From Alphaproteobacteria bacterium (GTDB taxonomy: Bacteria > Pseudomonadota > Alphaproteobacteria > JAAXGF01), in NCBI GenBank assembly GCA_963555825.3, contig CAUVXB020000002.1, positions 1,408,001 to 1,472,000 of the forward strand: 64,000 nucleotides of DNA, in the 5' to 3' direction. Positions 12,769 through 22,980 of this stretch are shown here, in pieces. Position 1 is the stretch's first letter, and every line of letters starts with the position of its first letter. The notes below the pieces were generated by a model, which worked only from the letters and a program-made list of their open reading frames with translations, searched no databases and was not told the DNA's origin. Made by a program: the position numbers and the translations under genes.

Positions 12769-14109
12769 TTACGGAATCAAGGGGGACCAAGCCGGGTCTG
12801 ACGCCTCTGCGGGCGTCACGATCTCGCGCTCGTTGTAGCCGGTCAGGTCGATCGAATACAGCTTCACGCTGCCCGGGTCGTTGCCGCCGCCGGCCGTCTG
12901 ACGAAAGAACATGATGACCCGGCCGTTCGGCGCCCAGGTCGGTCCTTCGACAAGGAAACCACTGGCCAGCAGCCGTTCGCCCTTGCCGTCGGGGCGCATG
13001 ACGCCGATATAGAACTGCCCCTTGTAGATCTTGGTGAAGGCGATCAGATCGCCCCGCGGCGACCACACCGGGGTGGCATAGCGGCCATTGCCGAAGCTGA
13101 CCCGCTTGACGTTCCGGCCGTCCGAATCCATCACGTAAATTTGTTGTGATCCACCGCGGTCCGAGTTGAACGCGATGAAGCGTTCGTCGGGCGCGAATGA
13201 CGGCGACGTGTCGATCGCCAGGTGATCGGTCAGCCGCTTCACGCGCCGCGTGCGCAGATCCATCGTATAGACGTCGGAATTGCCTTCGCTCGAGAGGCTC
13301 ATGATGATCTTGTTGCCGTCGGGCGAGAAGCGCGGCGCGAAGGTCATGTTTGGGAAATTGCCAACGACCTCTTGCTGGCCGGTGTCGATGTGCAGGATGT
13401 AGACGCGCGGCTGGTTGTGGAAATAGGAGAGATAGGTGATCTCCTGGGCCGACGCCGAGAAACGTGGCGTCAGCACCAGATGCTCGCCGTTGGTAAGAAA
13501 TCGGTGATTCTCGCCATCTTGGTCCATGATCGCGAGGCGTTTGATCCGCTTCGTCGCCGGCCCCGATTCCGAAATGTAGACGATGCGGGTATCGAAGTAG
13601 CCGGTCTCGCCGGTGATCCGCTTGTAAATCTGGTCGGCGACCTTATGCGCGACGCGCCGCCATGCGCTGGGCTGCGCCCGGAAGATCAGCCCGACCATCT
13701 GCTGTTCGGCGAAGACGTCCCAAAGCTGGAATGTCACCTTGATGCGCCCGTCGGTCTGGCGTTCGACGACGCCACTGACCAGCGCCTCGGCATTGATCTG
13801 GCGCCAGTCGCCGAAGCGCGGCGAACCGCGGATCGCCTCGGGCCGTTGGATGAACGCCTTGTCGTCGATCGGGCTGAACAGGCCCGACCGCTCGAGGTCG
13901 CTGGCGACTACCCTGGCGAGATCGGCGCCGATCGCCTGCTCGGCGCCGCTGCCGACGAAGCGGCTGACGGCGATCGGCATCGGCTCGACGGATCCGCGCG
14001 TGATGTCGATCTTGAGTTCCGCGAACGCCGTCGCCGGGCCCGCGCACCAAAGCGCCAAGGCGACTACCGCCAGTCCGAGCAACCGTTTCATATGCGACAT
14101 TCGATGCAT
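12769..14109 (-). CDS. tolB: Tol-Pal beta-propeller protein TolB
   Basis: Motifs [12 protein letters not shown] and LAIMDQDG; PD40 repeats. Confidence 0.96.
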   Translation of the reverse strand: MHRMSHMKRLLGLAVVALALWCAGPATAFAELKIDITRGSVEPMPIAVSRFVGSGAEQAIGADLARVVASDLERSGLFSPIDDKAFIQRPEAIRGSPRFGDWRQINAEALVSGVVERQTDGRIKVTFQLWDVFAEQQMVGLIFRAQPSAWRRVAHKVADQIYKRITGETGYFDTRIVYISESGPATKRIKRLAIMDQDGENHRFLTNGEHLVLTPRFSASAQEITYLSYFHNQPRVYILHIDTGQQEVVGNFPNMTFAPRFSPDGNKIIMSLSSEGNSDVYTMDLRTRRVKRLTDHLAIDTSPSFAPDERFIAFNSDRGGSQQIYVMDSDGRNVKRVSFGNGRYATPVWSPRGDLIAFTKIYKGQFYIGVMRPDGKGERLLASGFLVEGPTWAPNGRVIMFFRQTAGGGNDPGSVKLYSIDLTGYNEREIVTPAEASDPAWSPLIP

Positions 14110-14152
14110 CCTGTCCCCGCGACGTAAGCCATTGTGATCAATTCGTTTAGGT

Positions 14153-15061
14153 TCAGACCGGTGGTCTGAACCGGAAAGTTATCTCGCGCCACTCCTCGTA
14201 GCGGTCGGGCGGCAGGTCGTGCAAGGGGCTTGCCTGCAGGACCGCGCGCCGCGCGCTTTCCGCCATCGACCGATAGTACTCGCCGCCGGGCTGTGCCATG
14301 CGCGCCCGGTCGACGATCTCCGCCTTGCGTACGGTGCCGTCGGGCAGCAGCGAGATGTAAATCTCGACGTCGAGCTCGCCGGCGTCGCGCGCGCCGGCCG
14401 GCACGTTCCACTTCTCCTCGACCTGACGGCGAATCGAATCGCTTACCGTCATCGACAGCGGCTCGTCGCGCGCCGAGGTCACGGTCGACGGCGTCGGTGC
14501 GGCCACGGCCGGCGCGATTTCGGGCTCCGGCGCACGCCGCTTTGGCGCGCTCTCGGTCAGGTCCTTGAGCAGCGTGTCGAACTGCTGCTTCTTGGCCGGC
14601 GCCTTGGGCTTCGACGGCGGCGCCGGTGGCGTATCGACGTCGAGCGCGGCGAGGCGCTCAGGCTTCGACGGCGGCGGCGGCGCCTCGGCCACCTCGGGTT
14701 CCGGCAGTGGCTCGACGATTTCGGGCTCGGGTTCGGGTTCCGGCACTGGCGGTGGCGGCGCCTCGACGACCTCCGGTATCGGCGCTGGCTCGGGCGGCGC
14801 CGGTTCGGGCAACGCCTCGGGCTCGGGCGGCACCGGATCCGGCTCGGGCAACGGTGGGATGTCCGCCGTTTCGACCGGCTCGGGTTTGGCCGCCGGCGCC
14901 GGCGGCGGCGGGTTGGAAATCTCGGCGACGGTCACGATCTCGACCGCGATCGACTGCGTCATGTCGAACTCGGGCTCGAAGAACGACGGCAAGCCAAAGA
15001 AGACCAGCGCAGCGACGCACAGGTGCAGCAGGAACGACGATATGGGGGCGCCAAATCGCAC
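14153..15061 (-). CDS. tolA: TolA (Pro/Glu-rich linker, TonB-C-like domain)
   Basis: N-terminal TM with SxxLH, PEP repeats; lies between tolR and tolB. Confidence 0.85.
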   Translation of the reverse strand: MRFGAPISSFLLHLCVAALVFFGLPSFFEPEFDMTQSIAVEIVTVAEISNPPPPAPAAKPEPVETADIPPLPEPDPVPPEPEALPEPAPPEPAPIPEVVEAPPPPVPEPEPEPEIVEPLPEPEVAEAPPPPSKPERLAALDVDTPPAPPSKPKAPAKKQQFDTLLKDLTESAPKRRAPEPEIAPAVAAPTPSTVTSARDEPLSMTVSDSIRRQVEEKWNVPAGARDAGELDVEIYISLLPDGTVRKAEIVDRARMAQPGGEYYRSMAESARRAVLQASPLHDLPPDRYEEWREITFRFRPPV

Positions 15062-15064
15062 GTC

Positions 15065-15511
15065 TCACCTCGCCACCTTAGTGCCAGGCAGGACCGCGAT
15101 GAGCGCGATGTTGTCGAAGCCGGCCTCGGCGAGCACGCCCATGACCTCCATGACCCGGCCGTAATCGATCGCCTTGTCGCCGCGCACGAAGATGCGCGTC
15201 TCGGGCTTGCGCAGGGTGATCGCACCGAGCCGGGGCGCCAGCTCGTCAATGGCGATCTCGGTGTCCTGCAGGAAGATCTTGCCGTCGGCGTCGATGCTGA
15301 CCGCCAGCGGCTCGTCCTCGCCGCGGATTTCAGGCACCGTGCTTTCCGGCAGATCGATCGGCACGCCGACCGTCAACAGTGGCGCCGTGATCATGAACAC
15401 GACCAGCAGCACCAGCATGACGTCGACGACCGGCGTCACGTTGATCTCGTGCATCAGGCCGTGCGAGCGGCGCGCGCTGCGTCGCGACGATGTCGGGGTG
15501 ACGGTCGTCAT
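15065..15511 (-). CDS. tolR: TolR
   Basis: Motifs EINVTPVVDVMLVLLVVFMITAP and RGDKAIDYG. Confidence 0.95.
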   Translation of the reverse strand: MTTVTPTSSRRSARRSHGLMHEINVTPVVDVMLVLLVVFMITAPLLTVGVPIDLPESTVPEIRGEDEPLAVSIDADGKIFLQDTEIAIDELAPRLGAITLRKPETRIFVRGDKAIDYGRVMEVMGVLAEAGFDNIALIAVLPGTKVAR

Positions 15512-16251
15512 CCGACGATGCCCTCCTCCTCGAGCTGGCGTGACAGGATCGCCGAGAATTCGGCCGAGAAGGTCTCGAGCCGTCCCTCATAGCGACCCAG
15601 ATCGGTCGACAGCTTGTTGTAGGCGACCACCGCCGGGATCGCCGCGACCAGGCCAAGCGCGGTCGCGAACAGCGCCTCGGCGATGCCCGGCGCGACCACC
15701 GCAAGCGACGAGTTCTTGCTCACCGCGATCGCCTGGAAACTGTCCATGATGCCCCACACCGTGCCGAACAGGCCGACGAACGGCGCCGTAGAGCCGACCG
15801 TGGCGAGGAAGTTCATATAGCGCTCCAACGCGTCGACCTCGCGGTCCAGCGTGATCTGCATCGCCTGGGTGATGCGCTGGTGCAGGCCGACCGTGAGGCC
15901 CTTGCCGGTCGCCGCCAGTCCGCGCGACAGCGAGCGCCGCCACTCGGCCATCGCGGCGGCGAAGATCGCCGCCATCGGATGATCGGCCTGCTTGCCGATG
16001 CGGTCGTAGAGTTCCTCAAGCGAGCCGCCCGACCAGAAAGATTCCTCGAACTTCTCGGCCTGGCCGCGCAGACGGCGAAAGCGCATGACCTTCTCGAAGA
16101 TGATCGTCCAGCTCCAGAACGACGCGACAATCAGCACGATCAGCACGAACTTGACGATCGGATCGGCCTCGAGGAAGAGCCCGATGATCGACAGCGGCTC
16201 GAACCCGACCGAACCCTCCAAAGCGATTGTTTCAACGGCGGTTTCTTGCAT
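15508..16251 (-). CDS. tolQ: TolQ
   Basis: Motifs APFVGLFGTVWGIM and VVAPGIAEALFATALGL. Confidence 0.96.
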   Translation of the reverse strand: MQETAVETIALEGSVGFEPLSIIGLFLEADPIVKFVLIVLIVASFWSWTIIFEKVMRFRRLRGQAEKFEESFWSGGSLEELYDRIGKQADHPMAAIFAAAMAEWRRSLSRGLAATGKGLTVGLHQRITQAMQITLDREVDALERYMNFLATVGSTAPFVGLFGTVWGIMDSFQAIAVSKNSSLAVVAPGIAEALFATALGLVAAIPAVVAYNKLSTDLGRYEGRLETFSAEFSAILSRQLEEEGIVG

Positions 16252-16254
16252 CGA

Positions 16255-16701
16255 CTATGCCCCGGACAACGGTTGTATGACATTTTGCATGGCAGCGCGC
16301 AGCGCGGCGGGCAGCCGCCTCGGCTTGCCCGCCGGCGTGACGAAAGCGAGGCGCAGCAGAAGCCGCGCCAGGTCGACCGCACCACGCAGCACGGTCTGTT
16401 CGAGATCGGCGCTGGCGCCGCCCAGCGCGACGACGCGCGTGCGCACCTCGACTTCGTCGTCGAGCCGCGCGGGACGCAAGTAGTCGATCTCGCAGCGGCG
16501 CACGACCCAGCTGGCGCCCGCGTTCTCGGCGAGGCCGCTGTTCTCGAAGCCGAGCCCGCGCAGCCATTCGGTGCGCGCCCTCTCGGCGAATTTCAGATAG
16601 TTGGCGTAGTAGACCAGCCCGCCGGCGTCGGTGTCCTCGTAGTAGACACGCAGCGTCATGCTGTGCACGCCGGCCGCATTGACGCCGACGGCCTCAGTCA
16701 T
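16255..16701 (-). CDS. ybgC: Tol-Pal-associated acyl-CoA thioesterase
   Basis: Motif [26 protein letters not shown]. Confidence 0.93.
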   Translation of the reverse strand: MTEAVGVNAAGVHSMTLRVYYEDTDAGGLVYYANYLKFAERARTEWLRGLGFENSGLAENAGASWVVRRCEIDYLRPARLDDEVEVRTRVVALGGASADLEQTVLRGAVDLARLLLRLAFVTPAGKPRRLPAALRAAMQNVIQPLSGA

Positions 16702-17752
16702 GGTCGGCCTCCTCGGCCTCCTCGGCGGCCAGCAGATCGAGCTGCTCGGCAATCTCTCTGGGCAGCGTGAGACCGAGATGGCGGAAGCTCGCCGGCGTCA
16801 AGACGCGGCCGCGCGGCGTGCGCTTCAACAATCCCTGCTGGATCAGGAACGGCTCGATGACGTCCTCGATCGCGTCGCGTTGCTCGGACAGCGCCGCCGC
16901 CAGGGTCTCGACGCCGACCGGGCCGCCCGCGTAGTGCTCGGCGATCAGCGCCAGATAGCGGCGGTCCATGGCATCGAGGCCGCGGCCGTCGACCTCGAGA
17001 CGGTTGAGCGCCGCGTCGGCCGCCGCCGCGTCGATGCGGGCGATGCCGGTCACGGCGGCGATGTCGCGCACGCGGCGCAACAGCCGGGTGGCGACGCGTG
17101 GCGTGCCGCGCGCGCGGCGGGAAATCTCGGCGGCGCCGTCATCGGTCAGCGGCGCATCGAGCACGCGCGCGCCGCGCACGACGATCTCGCGCAGCTCGTC
17201 CGGTTCGTAGAAACCCAGGCGCAGCGGGATGCCGAAACGCTCGCGCAGCGGCGTCGAGATCAGCCCCGAGCGCGTCGTCGCGCCGACCAGCGTGAAGGGT
17301 GGCAGGTCGAGCCGTACCGAGCGCGCCGCCGGCCCCTCGCCGATGATCAGGTCAAGCTCGAAGTCCTCCATCGCCGGGTAGAGAATCTCCTCGACCGCCG
17401 GGTTGAGCCGGTGGATTTCGTCGATGAACAACACGTCGCGCGGCTCGAGGTTGGTGACGATCGCCGCCAGGTCGCCGGCGCGCGCCAGCACAGGCCCCGA
17501 CGTCGCGCGGAAACCGACGCCCAGTTCGCGCGCGGTGATCTGCGCCAGCGTCGTCTTGCCCAGCCCGGGTGGCCCGTAGAACAGCACGTGGTCGAGCGCA
17601 TCGCCGCGGCCGCGCGCCGCCTGGACGAAGACGGAAAGGTTGTCGCACACCTGGCGCTGGCCGATGAAGTCGTCGAGCACCGCCGGGCGAAGCTTGATCT
17701 CGCCGCCGTCCTCGGCACCGGAATCGGCGGTCACGACACGCTCCTCGCTCAT
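16694..17752 (-). CDS. ruvB: Holliday junction branch migration helicase RuvB
   Basis: Motifs [16 protein letters not shown] and RGTPR. Confidence 0.98.
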   Translation of the reverse strand: MSEERVVTADSGAEDGGEIKLRPAVLDDFIGQRQVCDNLSVFVQAARGRGDALDHVLFYGPPGLGKTTLAQITARELGVGFRATSGPVLARAGDLAAIVTNLEPRDVLFIDEIHRLNPAVEEILYPAMEDFELDLIIGEGPAARSVRLDLPPFTLVGATTRSGLISTPLRERFGIPLRLGFYEPDELREIVVRGARVLDAPLTDDGAAEISRRARGTPRVATRLLRRVRDIAAVTGIARIDAAAADAALNRLEVDGRGLDAMDRRYLALIAEHYAGGPVGVETLAAALSEQRDAIEDVIEPFLIQQGLLKRTPRGRVLTPASFRHLGLTLPREIAEQLDLLAAEEAEEADHD

Positions 17753-18354
17753 CGGCCGAGCTCGCGCAGGCCGGCGCGGATCAGGACGTCGAGCTCGGCC
17801 TCGCCGGCCATCGACCGCGCCGCGCCGGCCACGGCCATCGCCGCCTCGGTGCGCCGATAGCCGAGGTTGACCAGCGCCGAGACGGCGTCGCCCTCGACGC
17901 CGACCTCGATCAGCGTCGCACCGCCGGTCACGCCGGCCGGATGCAACGCCAGTCCGCCGACCGCGTCCTTGAGCTCGGCAACGATGCGGCCCGCGAGCTT
18001 GGCGCCGACGCCGTTGGCCTGGGCCACCGCCGCCTTGTCCTGCGCCGCGATGATGAGCATCAGATCACCCGGCGCATGCACGCTCAGGATCGCCAACGCG
18101 ACCCGCGCGCCGACGCCCTGGACCGACTGCAAGAGCCGGAACCAGTCGCGCTCGGCCTCGTCGGCGAAGCCGTAGAGGTGGATGTGGTCTTCGCGCACAT
18201 GGGTCTCGACGTGGATCACGACCGGCTGGCCGGCCGCCGGCAGCGCGCGCATCGTGCGGCCCGAGCAGAACACCAGATAGCCGACGCCGCCGACGTCGAC
18301 CACGGCGTGATCGTCGCCGACCGAATCGAGCAACCCGGCGAGCTTGGCGATCAT
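17749..18354 (-). CDS. ruvA: Holliday junction DNA-binding protein RuvA
   Basis: Motifs DVGGVGY, HVRED, LYGF and VQGVGAR. Confidence 0.97.
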   Translation of the reverse strand: MIAKLAGLLDSVGDDHAVVDVGGVGYLVFCSGRTMRALPAAGQPVVIHVETHVREDHIHLYGFADEAERDWFRLLQSVQGVGARVALAILSVHAPGDLMLIIAAQDKAAVAQANGVGAKLAGRIVAELKDAVGGLALHPAGVTGGATLIEVGVEGDAVSALVNLGYRRTEAAMAVAGAARSMAGEAELDVLIRAGLRELGR

Positions 18355-18860
18355 GCGGCGGTCTCGGCGATGCGCGCGTCGACGCGCCGTCGCGTCGCGG
18401 CGTGGTGCGCGTGGCAGATCGCGACGGCGAGCGCATCGGCCGCGTCGCTGCTCTTGGGCAGGCAGCCGGGCAGCAGCCGGCGCACCATCTCGGCGACCTG
18501 GCGCTTGTCGGCATGGCCGGTGCCGACGACCGACTTCTTGACCAGGTTGGCGGCATACTCGCTGACCGCAAGCCCGGCACGCGCCGGCGCCAGCAGCACG
18601 ACGCCACGCGCCAGGCCGAGCTTGAGCGTCGAGGCGGCGTTCTTGCTGACGAAAGTCTCCTCGACCGCCGCCGTTTCGGGCTGGTAGCTGTCGATGATCG
18701 CGCTGAGGCCCTCGTGGATCTGCAAGAGGCGGCCGGCGGTCGTTTCGTCGCTGTTGGTCTTCACCGTGCCATTGCCGACATGGCTGAGCTTGTTGCCGTC
18801 GACGTCGATGACGCCCCAGCCGGTGACGCGCAAGCCGGGATCGAGACCGAGGACCCTCAT
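18351..18860 (-). CDS. ruvC: Crossover junction endodeoxyribonuclease RuvC
   Basis: Motifs LGLDPG, KLGLARG and [12 protein letters not shown]; alternative GTG start at 18866. Confidence 0.97.
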   Translation of the reverse strand: MRVLGLDPGLRVTGWGVIDVDGNKLSHVGNGTVKTNSDETTAGRLLQIHEGLSAIIDSYQPETAAVEETFVSKNAASTLKLGLARGVVLLAPARAGLAVSEYAANLVKKSVVGTGHADKRQVAEMVRRLLPGCLPKSSDAADALAVAICHAHHAATRRRVDARIAETAA

Positions 18861-18870
18861 CGTCACGGCA

Positions 18871-18884
18871 CCCCCCCCCCCCCC
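18871..18884 (-). repeat. G14 homopolymer between the yebC stop and the ruvC start
   Basis: 14 consecutive C on the plus strand. Confidence 0.9.
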
Positions 18885-19634
18885 TCAGGCGCTGAGTTTT
18901 TCCATGACGTCCTCGGGGACGTCATAGTTGGCCGAAACCGCCTGCACGTCGTCGCTGTCCTCGAGCGCCTCGAGCAGTCTGAACAGTTGGTCCGCGGTAT
19001 CCTCGTCGACCGGCACCAGGTTCTGTGGGCGCCACACCAGCTTGGCGCTGGCCGGCGGGCCGAAGCGCGCCTCGAGCGCATCGCGCACGTCGCTTAACTG
19101 GTCGTCGGCGCAGATCACCTCATGGCCTACCTCGCCCGATTCGCAGTCGTCGGCGCCGGCCTCCAAGGCGGCCTCGAACATCTCTTCGGCGCTCGCCGCG
19201 TCGGCCGGATAGCCGACTGCGCCGACGTGGTCGAACATGAAGGTGACGCTGCCCGTTCCGCCCATCGTGCCGCCGTTCTTGTTGAAGGCGGTGCGCATCT
19301 CGGCGGCGGTCCGGTTGCGGTTGTCGCTGAGCGCCTCGACGATGACCGCAACGCCGCCCGGCGCGTAGCCCTCGTAGCGCACCTCGTCGAACTGAGCGCC
19401 GTCGTCGTCGCCGCCGCCACGCTTGATCGCGCGCTCCACCGTGTCCTTGGGCATATTGGCCGCCTTGGCGGCCTGCAACGCGGTGCGCAGACGCGGGTTC
19501 ATCGCCGGGTCGGGAAGCCCCGACCGCGCCGCGACGGTCAGTTCGCGAATCAATTTGGTGAACAGTTTGGCCCGCTTGGCGTCCTGTGCGCCCTTGCGGT
19601 ACATGATGTTCTTGAACTGGGAATGGCCGGCCAT
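18885..19634 (-). CDS. yebC: YebC/PmpR-family protein
   Basis: Motifs [28 protein letters not shown] and DNRNRT. Confidence 0.97.
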   Translation of the reverse strand: MAGHSQFKNIMYRKGAQDAKRAKLFTKLIRELTVAARSGLPDPAMNPRLRTALQAAKAANMPKDTVERAIKRGGGDDDGAQFDEVRYEGYAPGGVAVIVEALSDNRNRTAAEMRTAFNKNGGTMGGTGSVTFMFDHVGAVGYPADAASAEEMFEAALEAGADDCESGEVGHEVICADDQLSDVRDALEARFGPPASAKLVWRPQNLVPVDEDTADQLFRLLEALEDSDDVQAVSANYDVPEDVMEKLSA

Positions 19635-19779
19635 CGCCTCACTTCAACTGTATTCAACCGTATATAGTCGGGCCGCAGCCACAAAATACCACATCCGGTG
19701 GCGGGAACTACTCAATAACGCTATTGCGCCAATGTGGCAAGATTAGGGCGCGCGTGACGACCTTTTCCGCGCGCTTCGC

Positions 19780-20568
19780 CTACACGAACGCGCGCAGTGC
19801 GTCGAGCGTTTCGTTGGGCCGCTCGGCGATCGTCATGTGGCCACAGCCGGCGAAGCCGACGGTCTCGACCTCGGTCAGTTCGGCGGCGAGTTTGGCGGCG
19901 CCCTTAGGCGGCGTCATCATGTCCATCTCGCCGACGATCAGCTGCACCGGGCAGGTCACCTTGGTCGCCGTGGCGAGCGCGCCGGTGTAGTCGTTGCACG
20001 CCGTGAGGTCGGTGAACAGCAGCCCCGGCGCGGCTCGCTCGAACAGCCGCATGGCATTGCCCAGAACCCATAGCCCGGGCGCCGGCTGGCCGCCGACATG
20101 GCCGACCGGGCCGTGGCACCAGTCGACCATCAGCTCGAAGGCGCGGTGGTCACAGGCCTCGGCCGCGGCGAGCAGATCGGGATGCACCTTCATGGCGTCG
20201 GCCGCGCCGGCGAGCGAGATCTTGCGCACCCGCTCGGGCGCCCGCGCCGCGGCCTCAAGCGCGATATAGGTGCCCATCGAGAAGCCGATCAGAGTCGCCG
20301 TCTCGATGCCGGCGGCGTCGAGCACGTCGATCAGCCATTCGCCCATCGCCTCGACGGTCGCCAGCGGCGGTCCCTCGGACTGCCCGTGCTCCGGCATGTC
20401 GGGCCCCAGCACGCCGTATCCTTCCTGGGCGAAATAGCGCATCGGCACGGCCCACACCGTGTGGTCGAGCGAGGCGCCCGAGATGAACACCACGGCCGGC
20501 TTCGCGTTGTCGAACACCGTCCCCCCGGTGCCGGCACCGACTGTTCGGCCCTTGACGTTGAGCTTCAT
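19780..20568 (-). CDS. Alpha/beta-fold hydrolase
   Basis: GFSMG nucleophile elbow; GEMD and GH complete a Ser-Asp-His triad. Confidence 0.88.
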   Translation of the reverse strand: MKLNVKGRTVGAGTGGTVFDNAKPAVVFISGASLDHTVWAVPMRYFAQEGYGVLGPDMPEHGQSEGPPLATVEAMGEWLIDVLDAAGIETATLIGFSMGTYIALEAAARAPERVRKISLAGAADAMKVHPDLLAAAEACDHRAFELMVDWCHGPVGHVGGQPAPGLWVLGNAMRLFERAAPGLLFTDLTACNDYTGALATATKVTCPVQLIVGEMDMMTPPKGAAKLAAELTEVETVGFAGCGHMTIAERPNETLDALRAFV

Positions 20569-20742
20569 GATTACTTTGCTTTCCGATCATCTTCGCTGCG
20601 CGAAGATAACCTGCGCTCAATCGCCGCGCATGCCAATTTAAACTCCACAAGGACTGGCCGAACGGTCGGCGGCGCCCCTCTTGTCCCAATTAGACTGGCG
20701 CGCGCTGGGACGTGCCGTTAAACGATTCGATGCAAACATGCC

Positions 20743-22038
20743 CTACCCCTTCTGCGAGGCGCGCAGGCCGCGTTCGAGGTCGTCGATCAGGTCCGCCGGG
20801 TCCTCGACGCCGATCGAGAGCCGCACCAGGTCCTCGCCGACGCCGGCGGCCTCGAGCTCCTCGGCGCTCATCTGCTGGTGCGTCGTGGATGCCGGATGGA
20901 TGACCAGCGAGCGCGCGTCGCCGACGTTGGCGAGATGCGAGAACAGTTCGAGCGCCTCGATGAACTTGCGGCCCGCCGGGCGCCCGCCCTTGAGCCCGAA
21001 GCTGAAGATCGCGCCGCAGCCCTTGGGCAGCAGCTTCTTGGCGAGCGCGTGGTCGGGGTGGTTCTCGAGGTTGGGGTGGCTGACCCAGTCGACCGCCGCA
21101 TGGCCATCGAGATGGGCGACGATCTTGTCCGCGTTCTCGACGTGGCGCGCCATCCGCATGGGCAGCGTCTCGACGCCCTGGATGATGTAGAACGCGTTGG
21201 CCGGGCTCATGCAGGCGCCGAAGTCGCGCAGGCCCTCGACGCGGGCGCGCATGACGAAGGCCAGCGGGCCGAATTCGTCGGCGAAGTCGATACCGTGATA
21301 GCCGGCGTAGGGCTCGGTCAGCGTCGGGAACAGATCGCCGGCGTCCCAGTCGAACTGGCCGCCGTCGATCAGCGCACCGCCCATGGCGACGCCGTGGCCG
21401 CCGAGGAACTTGGTCACCGAGTGGTAGACCATGTCGGCGCCCAACTCGATCGGCCGGCTGAGATACGGCGTCGCGAAGGTGTTGTCGACCAGCAGCGGCA
21501 GGCCGTGGTCGTGGGCCACGGCCGCGATACGCGGGATGTCGAGCACCTCGAGCCCCGGGTTGCCGAGCGTCTCACCGAACACGAGCCGCGTCTCGGGCCG
21601 GATCGCCGCACCGAAGGCGCCCGCGTCGCGCGGGTCGACCAGCGTGGTGGTGATGCCGAAGCGCGGCAGCGTGTGGACGAACAGGTTGTGGCTGCCGCCG
21701 TAGAGCGAGCGCGACGAGACGATATGGCCGCCCGCCCCCATCAGCGTCATCACCGCGAGCGACAGCGCCGCCTGGCCCGACGCCGTGCACACCGAGCCGA
21801 CGCCGCCTTCGAGCGCCGCGAGTCGCTCCTCGAGCACCGCCGTCGTCGGGTTCGAGATGCGCGAATAGATGTGGCCCGAACGCGACAGGTTGAACAGCGA
21901 GGCGGCCTCGTCGGTGTCGCGGAAGACGTAAGACGTCGTCTGGTAAATCGGCACGGCGCGCGCGCCGGTCGTCGGGTCGGGCCGGTAGCCGGCGTGGACG
22001 GTACGCGTGTCGAATCGATGAAACTTGGGCTCGACCAT
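20743..22038 (-). CDS. O-acetylhomoserine aminocarboxypropyltransferase/cysteine synthase (MetY-like)
   Basis: Motifs AVPIYQTTSY, YSRISNPT, HSVTKFLGGHG (PLP Lys), HLANVGD and IHPASTTH. Confidence 0.93.
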   Translation of the reverse strand: MVEPKFHRFDTRTVHAGYRPDPTTGARAVPIYQTTSYVFRDTDEAASLFNLSRSGHIYSRISNPTTAVLEERLAALEGGVGSVCTASGQAALSLAVMTLMGAGGHIVSSRSLYGGSHNLFVHTLPRFGITTTLVDPRDAGAFGAAIRPETRLVFGETLGNPGLEVLDIPRIAAVAHDHGLPLLVDNTFATPYLSRPIELGADMVYHSVTKFLGGHGVAMGGALIDGGQFDWDAGDLFPTLTEPYAGYHGIDFADEFGPLAFVMRARVEGLRDFGACMSPANAFYIIQGVETLPMRMARHVENADKIVAHLDGHAAVDWVSHPNLENHPDHALAKKLLPKGCGAIFSFGLKGGRPAGRKFIEALELFSHLANVGDARSLVIHPASTTHQQMSAEELEAAGVGEDLVRLSIGVEDPADLIDDLERGLRASQKG

Positions 22039-22127
22039 GACGTTCCCCCGGGGGCTCGTGAATTGGCGGCCCGCACAGTACACAGGGCGCGCGGGAGCGT
22101 CCAGCCGGTGCGGGCCTAGATCGTATG

Positions 22128-22263
22128 TCACGCGGAGGCGCGGAGGACGCGGAGGTGGATGGATATGACGACCATATGTTTTGGAGGAAGTTACTGATAC
22201 CAAATCTGCGGCGGCGAGGCTTCCACGTCATCGCTTCTCCGCGCACTCCGCGCCTCCGCGTGA
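22128..22263. repeat. Palindromic element with 27-bp arms made of CGCGGAG units
   Basis: TCACGCGGAGGCGCGGAGGACGCGGAG ... CTCCGCGCACTCCGCGCCTCCGCGTGA; arms are 25/27 complementary. Confidence 0.9.
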
Positions 22264-22368
22264 ACCAAACGACGGCGGCCACCGGGCACGCCACTTGCCA
22301 TCGCCGCCCCGTTGCGCCGATGATCGGGCCGTGAAGCACGCCGCAGTCAAACCCCGGAGATTCGCGCG

Positions 22369-22581
22369 ATGAGCCCGCTCATCGGCTGGGCCGCCGTCCT
22401 GATCTTGCTCGTCGGACCGCTGATCCACGTCGCCGTGTCGCCGCGCGGCGGCCCCTTCCGGCCGCCCGAGGGCACCCGCTGCCCGTTGGGCCCGCGCGTC
22501 GGCTGGCTGGTCATCGTGTTGCTGCTGGGCCCGCTCGGTTGGCTGGTCTATATGGCGCGGCGGCGGGGCGGCGGTGAATGA
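22369..22581 (+). CDS. Small two-TM membrane protein (PLDc N-terminal-like)
   Basis: Two hydrophobic helices; WLVIVLLLGPLGWLVY followed by a basic tail; GGAG upstream. Confidence 0.65.
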   Translation: MSPLIGWAAVLILLVGPLIHVAVSPRGGPFRPPEGTRCPLGPRVGWLVIVLLLGPLGWLVYMARRRGGGE

Positions 22582-22980
22582 GCGGCGCGATGCCGTAGGT
22601 TTGGTTTGGCTGCTGGTGTCATGGGGAGCGAGACGAATGTCGAAACGAGCGCGACATAGGGCCCGATACATCGAGGGTTGGAATTCCATGGACGCCGAAA
22701 AGCTTCTGGTATCGGTCACCGATGACTTCCTGTTCGACGATCCGGCCGACCCCGAACCCGTGACCAAGGCGACGCTCGTCGCCTATTTGCCGAAATGGCC
22801 GGCCAAGGCCGCGGCCCTGGGCGCGGCGTTCGAGTTCGATATCGTCGATAAGGTCGTGCGAGACGACGATGGTCTGTTGCTCGAGTGGTATTGGTGGCGA
22901 CTGATCGGCGCCGATGTCGAAGGTTCGGCGGTCATCAGGACGTCGGACGCGGGCGTCATCTCCGAGCGCCTGACCTATTA

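Noticed and set aside
14565-14920. Gly/Ser-rich repetitive ORF and repeated GGCTCGGG motifs
   Set aside because: Antisense of the Pro-Glu linker of TolA
19675-19705. NrdR-box-like ACCACATCCGGTGG upstream of yebC
   Set aside because: Single imperfect match with no nrd gene nearby
22039-22127. Possible SAM riboswitch ahead of the metY-like gene
   Set aside because: No SAM-II or SAM-SAH consensus recognisable; the leader is short
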